DNA of 64,000 bases, from the NCBI GenBank assembly GCA_963674705.1, contig OY771506.1, positions 3,744,001 to 3,808,000 of the forward strand, in the 5' to 3' direction. This document shows, piece by piece, positions 1 to 10,558 of the stretch (positions within the stretch are counted from its first letter, which is position 1; every line of letters starts with the position of its first letter). The notes beneath the pieces were generated by a model. The model had not been told where the DNA came from. It made no database searches and saw only the letters and a program-made list of their open reading frames with translations. The translations under genes and the position numbers were made by a program. Source of the DNA: Phycisphaeraceae bacterium. Its GTDB lineage: Bacteria > Planctomycetota > Phycisphaerae > Phycisphaerales > Phycisphaeraceae.

Positions 1-1
1 A

Positions 2-964
2 GTGTGTTTTGGATCGCTGTGTTTTAACCGTCTGGCAGGTTTCATGGCTGGATTCGGTTTGGCGATCTATCCCGGGCATGCCTACAACGCGATGCACTTT
101 CTCAGTGAGACGCCGTTCGGCTTCTGGATGCTGCTCGCTCTGGTATTGACAGCCTGTGCGATACGTAAGCAGCGGGGCGGATGGTGGATGAACAGCCTGG
201 CCGGGTTATGTTGGGCATTGGCGATTTACACGCGCCCGCAATTGCTATTAGCCGTGCCGATAGCGGGTGGGCTGGCGGTAATCGCCTTACTCTTCAAACA
301 CCCGATCCACTTCAAACGCTGGGCCATCCAAACCGCTGTCATCGTCCTCGCACTCAGCCCGTGGATCATCCGCAACGATGTCGTACTCGGCAAACCTACG
401 CTCTCCACCATCACGGGCTACGGGCTGTGGGGCTCGCATAACGAACTGACCTTCAATGATCCCGCTTACCGCGGCGACTGGATACGCGCCAGCATCCTTG
501 AAGATGCAGACCATCCCTTAACCGGCAACGAAGTGCAGCGTAACGATCAGGCAACGCAATACGGCATCGACGCCATCAAGGCGAACGCCGACAAAATGCC
601 TGCTTTATTAGCCGCAAAACTATGGCGGCTAGCAACACCGTTTGCACAAACAGACAACCGGATCGCCCGTCTCGCCTTTGCAGTCAGTTGGATCGTTGTG
701 GCTCCGATCTCCCTCGCAGGATTAATCATCGCATTCAAGCGATCACACACAACCGCCTGGATACTGCTGCTCCCGATCCTTGCCACGATCGCCAGCACGT
801 TGATCTACTACGGCAGCGTACGCTTCCGCGATTCGGTGTCGCCTGTATTTGTGATATTTGCAGGTGTGTGTGTCGCGCAGCTCATCAGCCTGCTGGCCAC
901 ACAGCGCAAATCAAAACCGCTTGGTAAGATTGAACCAACTCAAACGGCCGCTCGCGCCGCGTGA
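2..964 (+). CDS. Membrane glycosyltransferase, ArnT/PMT (GT-C)-like; 5' end lies outside the window
   Basis: Open from the window edge; many TM helices; LSET, TRP, PWIIRN and GSVRFR motifs typical of GT-C/PMT_2 proteins. Confidence 0.7.
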   Translation: MCFGSLCFNRLAGFMAGFGLAIYPGHAYNAMHFLSETPFGFWMLLALVLTACAIRKQRGGWWMNSLAGLCWALAIYTRPQLLLAVPIAGGLAVIALLFKHPIHFKRWAIQTAVIVLALSPWIIRNDVVLGKPTLSTITGYGLWGSHNELTFNDPAYRGDWIRASILEDADHPLTGNEVQRNDQATQYGIDAIKANADKMPALLAAKLWRLATPFAQTDNRIARLAFAVSWIVVAPISLAGLIIAFKRSHTTAWILLLPILATIASTLIYYGSVRFRDSVSPVFVIFAGVCVAQLISLLATQRKSKPLGKIEPTQTAARAA

Positions 965-2148
965 TGCTTGCAGACTTCAATCAAGCTGTCGCACATCACA
1001 TGGATATCCTCAGCCGTTGTGAACGGCCCGTAACTCATGCGCGTCGTCCCGCCCAGTTCGGTCGTGCCCATTGTCTGATGCGCTAGTGGTGCACAGTGAA
1101 TCCCCGACCGCGTCAGCAAGCCATACTCCTGCTCCAGCAGATTTGATAACGCCTGCGGGTCATCAAACCCGTCGACTCGCACACTGAACACGCCGATACG
1201 ATCTTCCACACCTTGCGGGCCAATGATGCGCAAACCTTGTACATCATCATTCTGCAATCGATCGATCGTGATGCGGATCAGCTCCTGCTGATGTTGCCAG
1301 AGTTTGTCGACGCCTTGATCGAGGATCCACTTCACGCCTTGCGACAGGCCGACGATCCCGGGCGCGTTGTGGCTGCCCGGTTCAAATCGGTCGGGCATGA
1401 AGTCGGGTTGCGTGTCCTGATCGCTGACCGATCCCGTGCCGCCTTCGCGGCTGGTCGCCATCTGTTTTTCCAAGCCCGGCCTAATATAAAGCGCACCTGT
1501 TCCCAACGGCCCGAGCAACCCCTTATGCCCGGGGAACGCCAGCAGGTCGATGCCGATCGCCTGCACATCGATCGGCACATGCCCGATCGTCTGCGCTGCA
1601 TCCACCAGGTAAGGAATCCCATGTGCCTTGGCGAGATGCCCGATCGCTTCAATCGGCTGCTTCGTCCCCGTCACGTTCGAACCATGCACGACCGCGATCA
1701 GTGCCGTGTTCGGTTGTATCGCCTGCTTGATATCGTCCGGATCGACCAATCCCGAAACAGGATCGCACTTGACGCGCGTCTGTTCCGCCTCGCCGCGTTT
1801 GATCAATTCATTGACCGGCCGAAGGATCGAGTTGTGCTCCATCCATGTCGTGATAATGTGCGGCTTCTTCCCGCTTGCCTTAACCCCATGCACGATCCCC
1901 CGGATCGCCATGTTCAGCGCGTCGCTGGCGTTGAGCGTGAAGATGACGTGGTTCGTGTCCTCGCCGTTGATCAGTTGGTTGATCCGCTGCCGGCACTCGT
2001 CAAACAGCCGACCCGTTTCTTTAACCTCGTAATACGCGCCACGCCCCGGGCTTGCGCCGAGCTGCGTCGCATACCGCGTCATCGCCTCCAGCACAGCAGG
2101 GGGCTTCGGGAAACTGGTCGCTGAATTGTCTAAATAGATACGTCGCAT
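940..2148 (-). CDS. Cysteine desulfurase family protein (class V PLP aminotransferase)
   Basis: IYLDNSATSFPKP, HGSNVTG, DAAQT, FPGHKGLLGP (PLP Lys), RSGIHCAP (catalytic Cys). Confidence 0.9.
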   Translation of the reverse strand: MRRIYLDNSATSFPKPPAVLEAMTRYATQLGASPGRGAYYEVKETGRLFDECRQRINQLINGEDTNHVIFTLNASDALNMAIRGIVHGVKASGKKPHIITTWMEHNSILRPVNELIKRGEAEQTRVKCDPVSGLVDPDDIKQAIQPNTALIAVVHGSNVTGTKQPIEAIGHLAKAHGIPYLVDAAQTIGHVPIDVQAIGIDLLAFPGHKGLLGPLGTGALYIRPGLEKQMATSREGGTGSVSDQDTQPDFMPDRFEPGSHNAPGIVGLSQGVKWILDQGVDKLWQHQQELIRITIDRLQNDDVQGLRIIGPQGVEDRIGVFSVRVDGFDDPQALSNLLEQEYGLLTRSGIHCAPLAHQTMGTTELGGTTRMSYGPFTTAEDIHVMCDSLIEVCKHHAARAAV

Positions 2149-2187
2149 TTCCCCGATTTTAGACCATCTACCCCCTCCAGACCAATC

Positions 2188-2207
2188 AGCCGCTTGCGGC
2201 TTAGCGC
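2188..2207 (-). repeat. REP-like palindrome, family B (GCTAAGCCGCAAGCGGC)
   Basis: agccgcttgcggcttagcgc is the reverse complement of the copies at 42575 and 43584. Confidence 0.75.
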
Positions 2208-2262
2208 TCCTGTCCCATCCTCATCAATTGACACTCTCCCCGCCCAGCCGTAGCGTGCTCAC

Positions 2263-3234
2263 ATGAAGCACCTTCTCCCCATCCTGCTGCTGCCGGCCAT
2301 GCTGCTGATCGGCTGTGAAATGCCTTCCACAACTGGCAACGCATCCGCATCCCAACCGCCTAAGACGCAACAAATTGCCCCCGCGAACTCCGCCCAGCGC
2401 CCCGTCGCCTACATCAACGGCCAGGCGCTGACACAGGCAGACCTGATCAATCCATTGATTGAAGCCGCCGGTGGTACCGTCCTCTCCGAGATCGTGCTCG
2501 ACCGGATGATCCACGAGAAACTCGCCGCCGCCGGCCTCACCCTCACGCCCGAACTCATCGAGCAGGAAAAGACACTCATACTCGCCACCTTGTCGGACGA
2601 CCCCAACGAAGCGGCACGCCTGCTGCAAACCATGCGCTCCGCGCGCGGCATGGGTGAGCAACGTTTCCAGGCCATGCTCTTTCGCAACGCTGGCCTGCGG
2701 CTGCTTGTAAAAGACGAGGTCGAACTCGTCCCGACCCTGCTCCGCCAGGCTTATCAACTCCAGCACGGCGAGCGCTACCGCGTTCGCATCATCGTCGCCG
2801 GCACTTTAGCGCAAGCCAACGCATTACTCGTGCGAGCCAAAGCGGGTGAATCCTTCAGCGACCTTGCCGCCATGAACTCCATCGATCCCAGCGCCGCGCA
2901 AGGCGGCCTGCTTTCTCCCATCAGCCCGCACGACCCGACCTACCCCAGCGCATTGCGTCAGGCTTTAGGCAAGCTTGAAACAGGGGGTATAAGTGACCTG
3001 ATCGCGACCGACGATCATTTCATAATAATGAAACTCGAAGAAAAACTGCCCGCCGATACGATCAGTTATGAAGCAGCGTTACCCGACCTCGCCCGCGCCC
3101 TCCGCCGGGAATTGGAAGGCCAGCGCATCCAGCAGGCCGCGCGTGCTTTGCTCGCAGAAGCTAAAGTAGTAGTGCTGGACCCCGCCCTGAACAACAGTTG
3201 GCAAGCCCAGCAACAGCGGACCCAAGGCGAGTAA
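2263..3234 (+). CDS. PrsA/PpiC (parvulin-type) peptidyl-prolyl isomerase, probable lipoprotein
   Basis: Lipobox LLIG-C; rotamase motif GESFSDLAAMNSIDPSAAQGGLL; SurA-like N domain. Confidence 0.85.
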   Translation: MKHLLPILLLPAMLLIGCEMPSTTGNASASQPPKTQQIAPANSAQRPVAYINGQALTQADLINPLIEAAGGTVLSEIVLDRMIHEKLAAAGLTLTPELIEQEKTLILATLSDDPNEAARLLQTMRSARGMGEQRFQAMLFRNAGLRLLVKDEVELVPTLLRQAYQLQHGERYRVRIIVAGTLAQANALLVRAKAGESFSDLAAMNSIDPSAAQGGLLSPISPHDPTYPSALRQALGKLETGGISDLIATDDHFIIMKLEEKLPADTISYEAALPDLARALRRELEGQRIQQAARALLAEAKVVVLDPALNNSWQAQQQRTQGE

Positions 3235-3273
3235 CGCTGCAACCGTAACTGATCCGTACCCACCCCGAAGAAG

Positions 3274-3449
3274 TAGCCGCAAATGAACGCCAATAAACGC
3301 GAATAGCATTAAGAATGTTTCACTCCCTCTCCCCCTGGGAGAGGGCCGGGGTGAGGGCCGTCTGAAACTTAAACCAACAACTACAATCAAACGCCCTTAC
3401 CTCCACCGAATCCAAACCATTCGCGTCCATCAGCGTTTATTAGCGGCTA
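3274..3449. repeat. Nested element: 31-bp imperfect inverted repeats (3274-3304 / 3419-3449) enclosing a family A REP (3323-3360)
   Basis: tagccgcaaatgaacgccaataaacgcgaat vs reverse complement tagccgctaataaacgctgatggacgcgaat; internal ccctctccc..gggagaggg hairpin. Confidence 0.75.
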
Positions 3450-3464
3450 ACCAAGAGCATCAAA

Positions 3465-4667
3465 ATGGATATCCAACCCGCCACCCGTATCGAACGCCTC
3501 CCACCTTACGTCCTCGGCAAGCTCAAGCAGATGATCTACGAACGCCGCAAGGCCGGCGCCGATGTCATCGACATGAACATGGGTAACCCCTCCGACCCCG
3601 CGCCCGATCCGGTGGTCGATAAGATCCGTGAGGCCGTGCTCGATCCGCGCAACAGCCGATACTCCGTCTCCGCCGGCGTCTACAACCTGCGCCGCGATAT
3701 GGCGCTGAAGTACAAACGCAAGTGGGGCGTCGACCTCGATCCGGATAAGGAAGTCATCGCCACCATCGGTTCCAAGGAAGGCTTCAGCCACATGTGCCTC
3801 GGCCTGCTGGGCCCCGGTGACATCGCCGTCGTCGCCGACCCCGCGTTCCAGATCCACACCTACGCCGTCGTCCTCGCCGGTGCGAGTACCGTCTCCGTCC
3901 CGCTTGGTAACGATGATGCATTTCTTAAACGCATCAGCGATGTACTCACGCACCTGACACCCAAACCCAAAGTCGTCATCCTCAACTACCCGCACAACCC
4001 CACGACCATGACCGTCGAGCCCGCTTTCTTCGATCGCGTTGTCGAGATGGCTGCTGAACACCAGGTCATGATCATGCACGACTTCGCCTACGGCGAAACC
4101 TGCTTCGACAACTACAAAGCCCCAAGCTATTTGCAGGCCAACGGCGCGAAAGAGTACGGCGTTGAATTTTCAACCTTAAGTAAACCCTACAACATGGCCG
4201 GCTGGCGCATCGGCTTCTGCTGCGGCCACAGCCAGATGATCGACGCGCTCAAGACGGTCAAAGGCTACTACGACTACGGCATCTTCCAGGCCGTCCAGAT
4301 CGCCGCCATCATCGCCATGCGCGAAGGTGACGCACACGTCCAGAAACAAGCCGAAATCTACCAGGCCCGCCGCGACCTGCTCGTCAAGGGATTACAAAAA
4401 TTCGGCTGGCAAGTAGACTCCCCGCGCGCCACCATGTTCGTCTGGGCCAAAGTCAACCCCGAAGTCTTAGCCAGATACAACAACTCCACCAACGACTTCT
4501 GCCTCGCCATGGTCGATCAAGCAGAGGTCGCCATGACCCCCGGCGCAGCGTTCGGCGACCTGGGTGAAGGCTACGTAAGAATGGCACTTGTCGAAAACGA
4601 ACACCGGATTAGGCAAGCCCTAAGACAACTCGGCCGCGTGCTCGGGCCAGCGCCAGCGACAGCCTGA
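3465..4667 (+). CDS. alaC: Class I/II PLP aminotransferase, AlaC (glutamate-pyruvate aminotransferase)-like
   Basis: RIERLPPYV, MGNP, GSKEG, NYPHNPT, HDFAY, SKPYNMAGWRIGF, YYDYG motifs. Confidence 0.75.
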   Translation: MDIQPATRIERLPPYVLGKLKQMIYERRKAGADVIDMNMGNPSDPAPDPVVDKIREAVLDPRNSRYSVSAGVYNLRRDMALKYKRKWGVDLDPDKEVIATIGSKEGFSHMCLGLLGPGDIAVVADPAFQIHTYAVVLAGASTVSVPLGNDDAFLKRISDVLTHLTPKPKVVILNYPHNPTTMTVEPAFFDRVVEMAAEHQVMIMHDFAYGETCFDNYKAPSYLQANGAKEYGVEFSTLSKPYNMAGWRIGFCCGHSQMIDALKTVKGYYDYGIFQAVQIAAIIAMREGDAHVQKQAEIYQARRDLLVKGLQKFGWQVDSPRATMFVWAKVNPEVLARYNNSTNDFCLAMVDQAEVAMTPGAAFGDLGEGYVRMALVENEHRIRQALRQLGRVLGPAPATA

Positions 4668-4693
4668 ACGTAACATGATGTAACTTGGATTCG

Positions 4694-4740
4694 CTCCCAT
4701 TCCCCGCGGGAGACTTCCGGGGGGCCGGGGTGAGGGCCGG
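4694..4740. repeat. Family A REP copy interrupted by an 8-bp insertion (CTTCCGGG)
   Basis: Aligns to the other CCCTCTCCC/GGGAGAGGG-GGGGTGAGGGCCG copies except for the insert at about 4714-4721. Confidence 0.7.
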
Positions 4741-4954
4741 ATTCCTTAATCCTCTCGCAGCAGTGGAAAGCTGTTAGCTTGGGCATGACGAAGCATTAAT
4801 TCCCATATATGTGCTTCAAAATTGCATGTGCCCCGGTTATCATGTGCCTGACGCCCCTCCCATCCGGGGGCCCGGGGTCCGGTATCAGCATGATCATGTT
4901 GCAGACATACACATCCAGTGCGACTTAGCGTGAGTCTTCCCAAGAGGAGGCAGT

Positions 4955-7900
4955 ATGAATCCGGCGATGACTGATCCCAACGAGCAGCGCATGATGAGCC
5001 TGTCTTTTCTGAAACCGCTCGGCATGCTGTTGATTGCCCCGGCGTTGTTGTCCTATTGCGCCAGCCAGGTCGAGGCTGCTATCACGCCCACGGGTGATGT
5101 CACTCCGGTCTATACCGGCGCCGATCCTTGGGAAGTTGGTGGCTCGCTCGTTGTCGGCTACAACGCTGACGGAACATTTTATATGGACGAAGCCAGTGTT
5201 GTGGATACCGGCAGTGGTGCTGCAGTTCTCGGTTTAGTGTCGAATGTTACGGGGACCGCCACCGTCAGTGGTCAAGCCACGTTCCTGGATGCTTACGTCT
5301 TGAGGGTTGGCGAAAGCGGCACAGGCATACTTAACATCGAACATGCCGGCGAAGTCAACAGTTCATTTGCCTATATCGGCATGTCATCCGGATCAAACGG
5401 GACGGTCAACATCACGGGTCCAGATTCCTATTGGTGGAACCGTTACACCGTCGAGGTCGGCGTCTGGGGCACGGGTACGTTGAATATCGAAAACGGTGGT
5501 CGGCAATCGCAAACCAACATACGCTTTGGTCTACGCGCCGGGTCACAAGGTAGTGCCACAATCACAGGCACCGATTCGTTTGGTGGTTTTTACAACCTCA
5601 TCGTAGGAGATCACGGTGAGGGCTCGATCAATATCCTTGACGGCGGTCAGGTAAACAGCACATCCGTCCACCTCGGTTTTTATGACGATTCGTCCGGTGT
5701 TGTCACCGTATCCGGACTCGCATCAACATGGAATGTAAGTGGGAATCTCAGGATCGGCGAATATGGCCTGGGTGAGATGACGATCGCAGACGGCGGGGTG
5801 GTGACTAGCGCACAGAATTATATCGGTGCTCTTACAGGATCACACGGAGAGGTCACCATCACAGGCGCCGGATCAACGTGGAACACGACCTCATGGTTGT
5901 ATGTAGGCTTCTACGGTGAGGGATCGCTAACCGTTGAGGACGGGGGTGTGGTTAATACCTACACCAGCTCTATTGTACGCAATTCGGGTATCGTAACGAT
6001 CGATGGTGTCGGTTCAGTCTGGAAAATCGATAATGCACTGGCGATCGGCTCAAGCGGAACAGGAACACTGAATATCAGCAATGGCGGGTTGGTCAATGTC
6101 TCGGGGCAGGCAGATATCGGTCCCGGCGGGGTCATCAACTTCGATAACGGCACGCTCAATACGGGCCGGTTGATGGTCCCGGATAGTGTGCTGCTTGGGA
6201 CCGGCACCGTCAACACAAAAAGCCTGATTGCCGACTTCGATCTGGTCTTCGACGCTTCTACCGGCCATCAGGCTCAGACCGTCATAAGCAACTTTCCGGA
6301 CCAGCACATCACGTTAAACATAGACGCCTCGAACGCAGAGGATACCGGCCCGATGGGTGCCGGCCGTATCGGCACGGGCTCGTTGACCATTGCGGACGGT
6401 TTGTCGTTAACTTACAGCGAAGGATTTCTTGGGCATGATGCTGCATCGGTAGGTTCGGCTTTGGTTACCGGTTCAGGATCGGCATGGAACAGCATAAATG
6501 AGTTATATGTTGGCCACTCTGGGTCGGGTACGCTGCGCGTCGATAATGGTGGATTGGTCACCAATGCAACCGGCTATATAGGCTACGATTCCGGCTCGGT
6601 CGGTGCAGCCATAGTTGATGGGGCCGGTTCTGCATGGCTGAATAACGGTGACCTGACTATCGGGCAAAGCGGCTTGGGAACGCTCAGGATTCAAAATGGC
6701 GCGGTGGTGACTAACAACAATGGCTATCTCGGAACTGATACCGAAGCCAACGGCTCTGTTGTCGTGTCGGGTGCCGGTTCGACTTGGAACAACTCAGGTC
6801 AAATCCATATTGAGAATACAAGTACCCTGCAAATCGAAAGCGGCGGATCGGTTATCAGTAGCGGTGGATCAATTAGCAACAACCTTGGTTCTGATTCGAC
6901 GGCCAGCGTTGGAGGGATTGACTCGCACTGGGATGTTGCGGGAACGCTTGTGGTTGGCGGACAAGGTACAGGCACTTTAACGGTCCATAGTGGTGGGAGT
7001 GCGAGCAGCACGAATGCGTATCTTGGTAAGGAAGCCGGTAGCTCGGGGCTTGCAACTATCAGCGGTGCCTACTCAACTTGGAACAATAGCAATAACCTAT
7101 TCGTCGGCTTTGAAGGATCAGGTTCGCTTGAGATCTACAACGAGGGCCACGTCTCCGTAGCAGGGCGCACCGTTGTTGGTGCCGGTAGTACCATCACTTT
7201 TAATGACGGTACACTGGACACGGGGGCATTGGAAGCGACGAACGATGCCTTGTTAGGTCAAGGGACTATTAACACAAAGGCCATGATTGCCGATGCCGAC
7301 CTGGTATTCAACCAAGCAACAGGATTGCAGACGCAGTTCGTGATTAACAACATACCCGGCCAAAATATCACGGTCCATCTTGATGCTGTGGCTCCGGTGA
7401 GTAATAGCAAAATCGGCGTAGGCAATACCGGTACGGGCACGCTATCGGTCAGTGATGGATTGACCTTATCTTATTACGAGGGGTTCCTGGGATACGAGCC
7501 CGGCTCATCAGGTTCTGCAACTGTCACCGGTACGGGCACAACCTGGAACAATAGCGGCGATCTGCGCGTGGGATATTACGGGCAAGGCAGCCTGACCATT
7601 GAAGATGGTGGGACAGTTAATAATGCCACTGGTTCTATTGGTTATTACCCCGGTTCGAGTGGCACGGTTATCGTCTCAGGCGCGGGCTCCAGTTGGTACA
7701 ACAGCGGCCGTTTGATTGTCGGGAATTATGGCGATGGCATGTTACGTATCGAAGAGGGGGGAAGTGTTGAGGTCATCTATAATCTTACGATGGGCTACCC
7801 TCACCCCCTGGCCGGCAGTGGTACAGTAGATCTGATGGGTGGCACGCTCGACCTGCACGGCAGTGACATCATCCAAAGGTCAGATGCCTCTGTGTTTAAC

Positions 7901-8590
7901 TTTACCGGTGGAACTTTAAGAGGTGTTAGACGGCTGTCTTTAAATCATGCGTTTACCCAAAGCGGTGGTGTCCTCGCTCCGGGTGATTCAATCGGCACGA
8001 CCATTATTTACCAAGACTACATACTATCGGCTGGATCCATTGAACTGGAATGGGGCGGCATCGGTTATACCTATGATCAAGTAATCGCCACCGGCAACAT
8101 CCACATCGCCTTAGCGGGGACAACGCTCGATCTGTTGCCATTTGGACCTATGGCTGCCGGTACCTACACGGTGTTGGTATCGACAGAAGGCTCGCTTACC
8201 GGCACCTTCGAACACATCACCGGCATCGTTGAATACGCGGGTCTCGTCGATGTAACCTACACCGCTAACGCTGTACAGATCACACTCAACCGCGACTTCG
8301 TCCCCGGCGACCTAAACGCTGACGGCTTCGTCGGCCTCGACGACCTCGATATCGTCATCACTCACTGGAACCAGACCGTCCCCGTCGCCGACCTCACACA
8401 AGGCGACTACTCCCGCGACGGCTACGTCGGCCTCGACGATCTTGATGCGGTCTTGCAAAACTGGAACCAAGGCGCGCCCCCAAGTGGCATTACACAAAAC
8501 ATCCCCGAGCCGAGTATGTTTGTTTTGCTTGCTTTCGGCGCGATAGGTGGTACATATAGATTATCCAGTCGATGTGCTGCTCGTGGTTGA
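4955..8590 (+). CDS. Large secreted beta-helix repeat protein (T5SS/PEP-CTERM-associated repeats) with dockerin-like domain and PEP-CTERM tail
   Basis: Signal peptide; repeated G..S.W....L.VG..G.G.L.I..GG.V units; GDLNADGFVGLDDLD x2; IPEP followed by TM and basic tail. Confidence 0.9.
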   Translation: MNPAMTDPNEQRMMSLSFLKPLGMLLIAPALLSYCASQVEAAITPTGDVTPVYTGADPWEVGGSLVVGYNADGTFYMDEASVVDTGSGAAVLGLVSNVTGTATVSGQATFLDAYVLRVGESGTGILNIEHAGEVNSSFAYIGMSSGSNGTVNITGPDSYWWNRYTVEVGVWGTGTLNIENGGRQSQTNIRFGLRAGSQGSATITGTDSFGGFYNLIVGDHGEGSINILDGGQVNSTSVHLGFYDDSSGVVTVSGLASTWNVSGNLRIGEYGLGEMTIADGGVVTSAQNYIGALTGSHGEVTITGAGSTWNTTSWLYVGFYGEGSLTVEDGGVVNTYTSSIVRNSGIVTIDGVGSVWKIDNALAIGSSGTGTLNISNGGLVNVSGQADIGPGGVINFDNGTLNTGRLMVPDSVLLGTGTVNTKSLIADFDLVFDASTGHQAQTVISNFPDQHITLNIDASNAEDTGPMGAGRIGTGSLTIADGLSLTYSEGFLGHDAASVGSALVTGSGSAWNSINELYVGHSGSGTLRVDNGGLVTNATGYIGYDSGSVGAAIVDGAGSAWLNNGDLTIGQSGLGTLRIQNGAVVTNNNGYLGTDTEANGSVVVSGAGSTWNNSGQIHIENTSTLQIESGGSVISSGGSISNNLGSDSTASVGGIDSHWDVAGTLVVGGQGTGTLTVHSGGSASSTNAYLGKEAGSSGLATISGAYSTWNNSNNLFVGFEGSGSLEIYNEGHVSVAGRTVVGAGSTITFNDGTLDTGALEATNDALLGQGTINTKAMIADADLVFNQATGLQTQFVINNIPGQNITVHLDAVAPVSNSKIGVGNTGTGTLSVSDGLTLSYYEGFLGYEPGSSGSATVTGTGTTWNNSGDLRVGYYGQGSLTIEDGGTVNNATGSIGYYPGSSGTVIVSGAGSSWYNSGRLIVGNYGDGMLRIEEGGSVEVIYNLTMGYPHPLAGSGTVDLMGGTLDLHGSDIIQRSDASVFNFTGGTLRGVRRLSLNHAFTQSGGVLAPGDSIGTTIIYQDYILSAGSIELEWGGIGYTYDQVIATGNIHIALAGTTLDLLPFGPMAAGTYTVLVSTEGSLTGTFEHITGIVEYAGLVDVTYTANAVQITLNRDFVPGDLNADGFVGLDDLDIVITHWNQTVPVADLTQGDYSRDGYVGLDDLDAVLQNWNQGAPPSGITQNIPEPSMFVLLAFGAIGGTYRLSSRCAARG

Positions 8591-8595
8591 ATTGT

Positions 8596-10356
8596 ATGTG
8601 CAATAAGAAGTCTATTATCCCCGTGCTTGTGTTGGCAACGCTTGCGACAGGTATCAATACCACGCTGGCCGCCATCACAGCCACGGGTGATATCACCCCT
8701 GCCTATGATGAAACTGATCCGTGGGAACTAGGCGAAGGCGATCTGTACATCGGCGACACCGCCGCGGGCATGCTCCAGATTGATTCAGCAAGCATCGTGA
8801 ATAATGCCCTTGCAAGCATCGGGCACAACACCGGCTCGAGCGGGACCGTCATCGTGACCGATCCCGGTTCTGAATGGAACAACGCCGGCGATCTGAACGT
8901 CGGCCAGCAAGGCACCGCAACACTTACAATCCAAAACGGCGCTACCGTCCGCAACGCGATAGCAAACCTCGGCATCACGAACAATACAACCGCCACCGCG
9001 ACGATCACCGATCACGGCTCTACCTGGTATTGCTCCGGCCGAATGAACGTCGGCCTGTCCGGCACATGCATCGTTACACTCAACATTGAAAACGGCGCAA
9101 GAGTCGAAAGCCCATCAGGGCTCGTGGGCGCAAGTTCCATTTCAACTGGCATCGCCAACATCACCGGGCCGGGCTCAGCATGGATCAACAACACCGTCAT
9201 GACGATCGGCCTCTCCGGCACCGGCACGTTGAATATCACCAACGGCGGCTACGTGCATAACACCAATGCTGTTTTTGCTAACAGCGTCTCCGCGACTGGC
9301 TCTGCCACCGTCGCCGGCAGCGGATCGCTCTGGGAAAACACCGGCAGCATGTCCGTCGGCCAGTTCGGTCAAGGCACACTCAATATCGAAGATGCCGGCA
9401 AAGTCACGACCGATATCGCCTACATCGGCTATTACAATTCAACCGGCACCGTCACCGTCACCGGTGCCGACTCGCTTTGGGACAACGCCGATACTTTGCA
9501 TGTCGGCTATGGCGCTGTCGGCACGCTGAATCTCTACACCGGCGCAACCGTTAGCGCAGGCAACGATCTAAGCATCGGCACGTATTCCTTCGGCACAGGC
9601 ATCCTCAACCTCGCCGGTGGAACGCTTGATATGAAAGGCTCAAACCTCACCGCAGGCGACGGCGCAGCCACCTTCAACTTCACCGCCGGCACACTCAAAA
9701 ACGCCGCAACAATCGATCTCAAACAACCCTTCATCCAAAACGGCGGCACCCTCGCCCCCGGCGGCTCCATCGGCCAATCAAACATTCTAGGCGACTACCA
9801 ACTCAACGCCGGCACACTCGAAATCGAACTCGGCGGCATCGGCAATCCCCACGACCTGCTCACCGTCACAGGCAACATCGACATTACTCAACTCGATACC
9901 ACGCTCAGCCTGTCGATCGTGGGTTCGGTCATACCCGGCACGTACACCATCATCGAATCAACCGCCGGGACACTCACCGGCCAGTTTGAAAACATCATCG
10001 GCCTGGATAGCTACCCCGGCACGTTCGATGTGCAGTACACCGCCAACGCAGTGAACCTCATCCTCAACGCACTCTCAGGCGACCTCAACGCCGATGGCTT
10101 CATCGGACTCGACGACCTGGACATCGTATTACTTCACTGGAACCAAACCGTCACCCCCTGGGACCTATCCTCCGGCGACACCACCGGCGACGGCTACGTC
10201 GGCCTCGACGACCTCGACCTCATCCTGTCCCACTGGAACCAAGGCACACCGCCAAGTAATACAAGCACAATCATCCCCGAACCCGGATCGTCTGCGGTGC
10301 TATTGCTGACATTGATCGGTTGCTCAGGCAGGGCGTTCCGGTGCAGGATGGTATGA
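8596..10356 (+). CDS. Second beta-helix repeat/dockerin/PEP-CTERM paralogue
   Basis: Same architecture; ATG at 8596 gives a signal peptide just after the upstream stop. Confidence 0.9.
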   Translation: MCNKKSIIPVLVLATLATGINTTLAAITATGDITPAYDETDPWELGEGDLYIGDTAAGMLQIDSASIVNNALASIGHNTGSSGTVIVTDPGSEWNNAGDLNVGQQGTATLTIQNGATVRNAIANLGITNNTTATATITDHGSTWYCSGRMNVGLSGTCIVTLNIENGARVESPSGLVGASSISTGIANITGPGSAWINNTVMTIGLSGTGTLNITNGGYVHNTNAVFANSVSATGSATVAGSGSLWENTGSMSVGQFGQGTLNIEDAGKVTTDIAYIGYYNSTGTVTVTGADSLWDNADTLHVGYGAVGTLNLYTGATVSAGNDLSIGTYSFGTGILNLAGGTLDMKGSNLTAGDGAATFNFTAGTLKNAATIDLKQPFIQNGGTLAPGGSIGQSNILGDYQLNAGTLEIELGGIGNPHDLLTVTGNIDITQLDTTLSLSIVGSVIPGTYTIIESTAGTLTGQFENIIGLDSYPGTFDVQYTANAVNLILNALSGDLNADGFIGLDDLDIVLLHWNQTVTPWDLSSGDTTGDGYVGLDDLDLILSHWNQGTPPSNTSTIIPEPGSSAVLLLTLIGCSGRAFRCRMV

Positions 10357-10558
10357 GCGATCCGGCGGTCCCCGACGGCTGTCTCATTCCGAGCGGCCGG
10401 TCTGCTAATCCCTGAAATAGTCTCCAATTACAGCAACATAACCGCAACAAATAATTGCTCTGACAGGGGATTAGGTTATACTTTGATACTGCGTATCGAA
10501 GATTCCGCTGGGGGCCTACCCCTGCAGTGCTTTTGTTAATTTGAAGGGGAAGGCAAGC

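Noticed and set aside
940..2148. Functional link between this desulfurase and the ygfK (selenium/molybdenum hydroxylase) cluster
   Set aside because: Subfamily resemblance only; about 57 kb apart with no selenium genes adjacent
3357..3366. Exact Neisseria DNA uptake sequence GCCGTCTGAA
   Set aside because: Only one copy noticed, formed at a REP edge; consistent with chance
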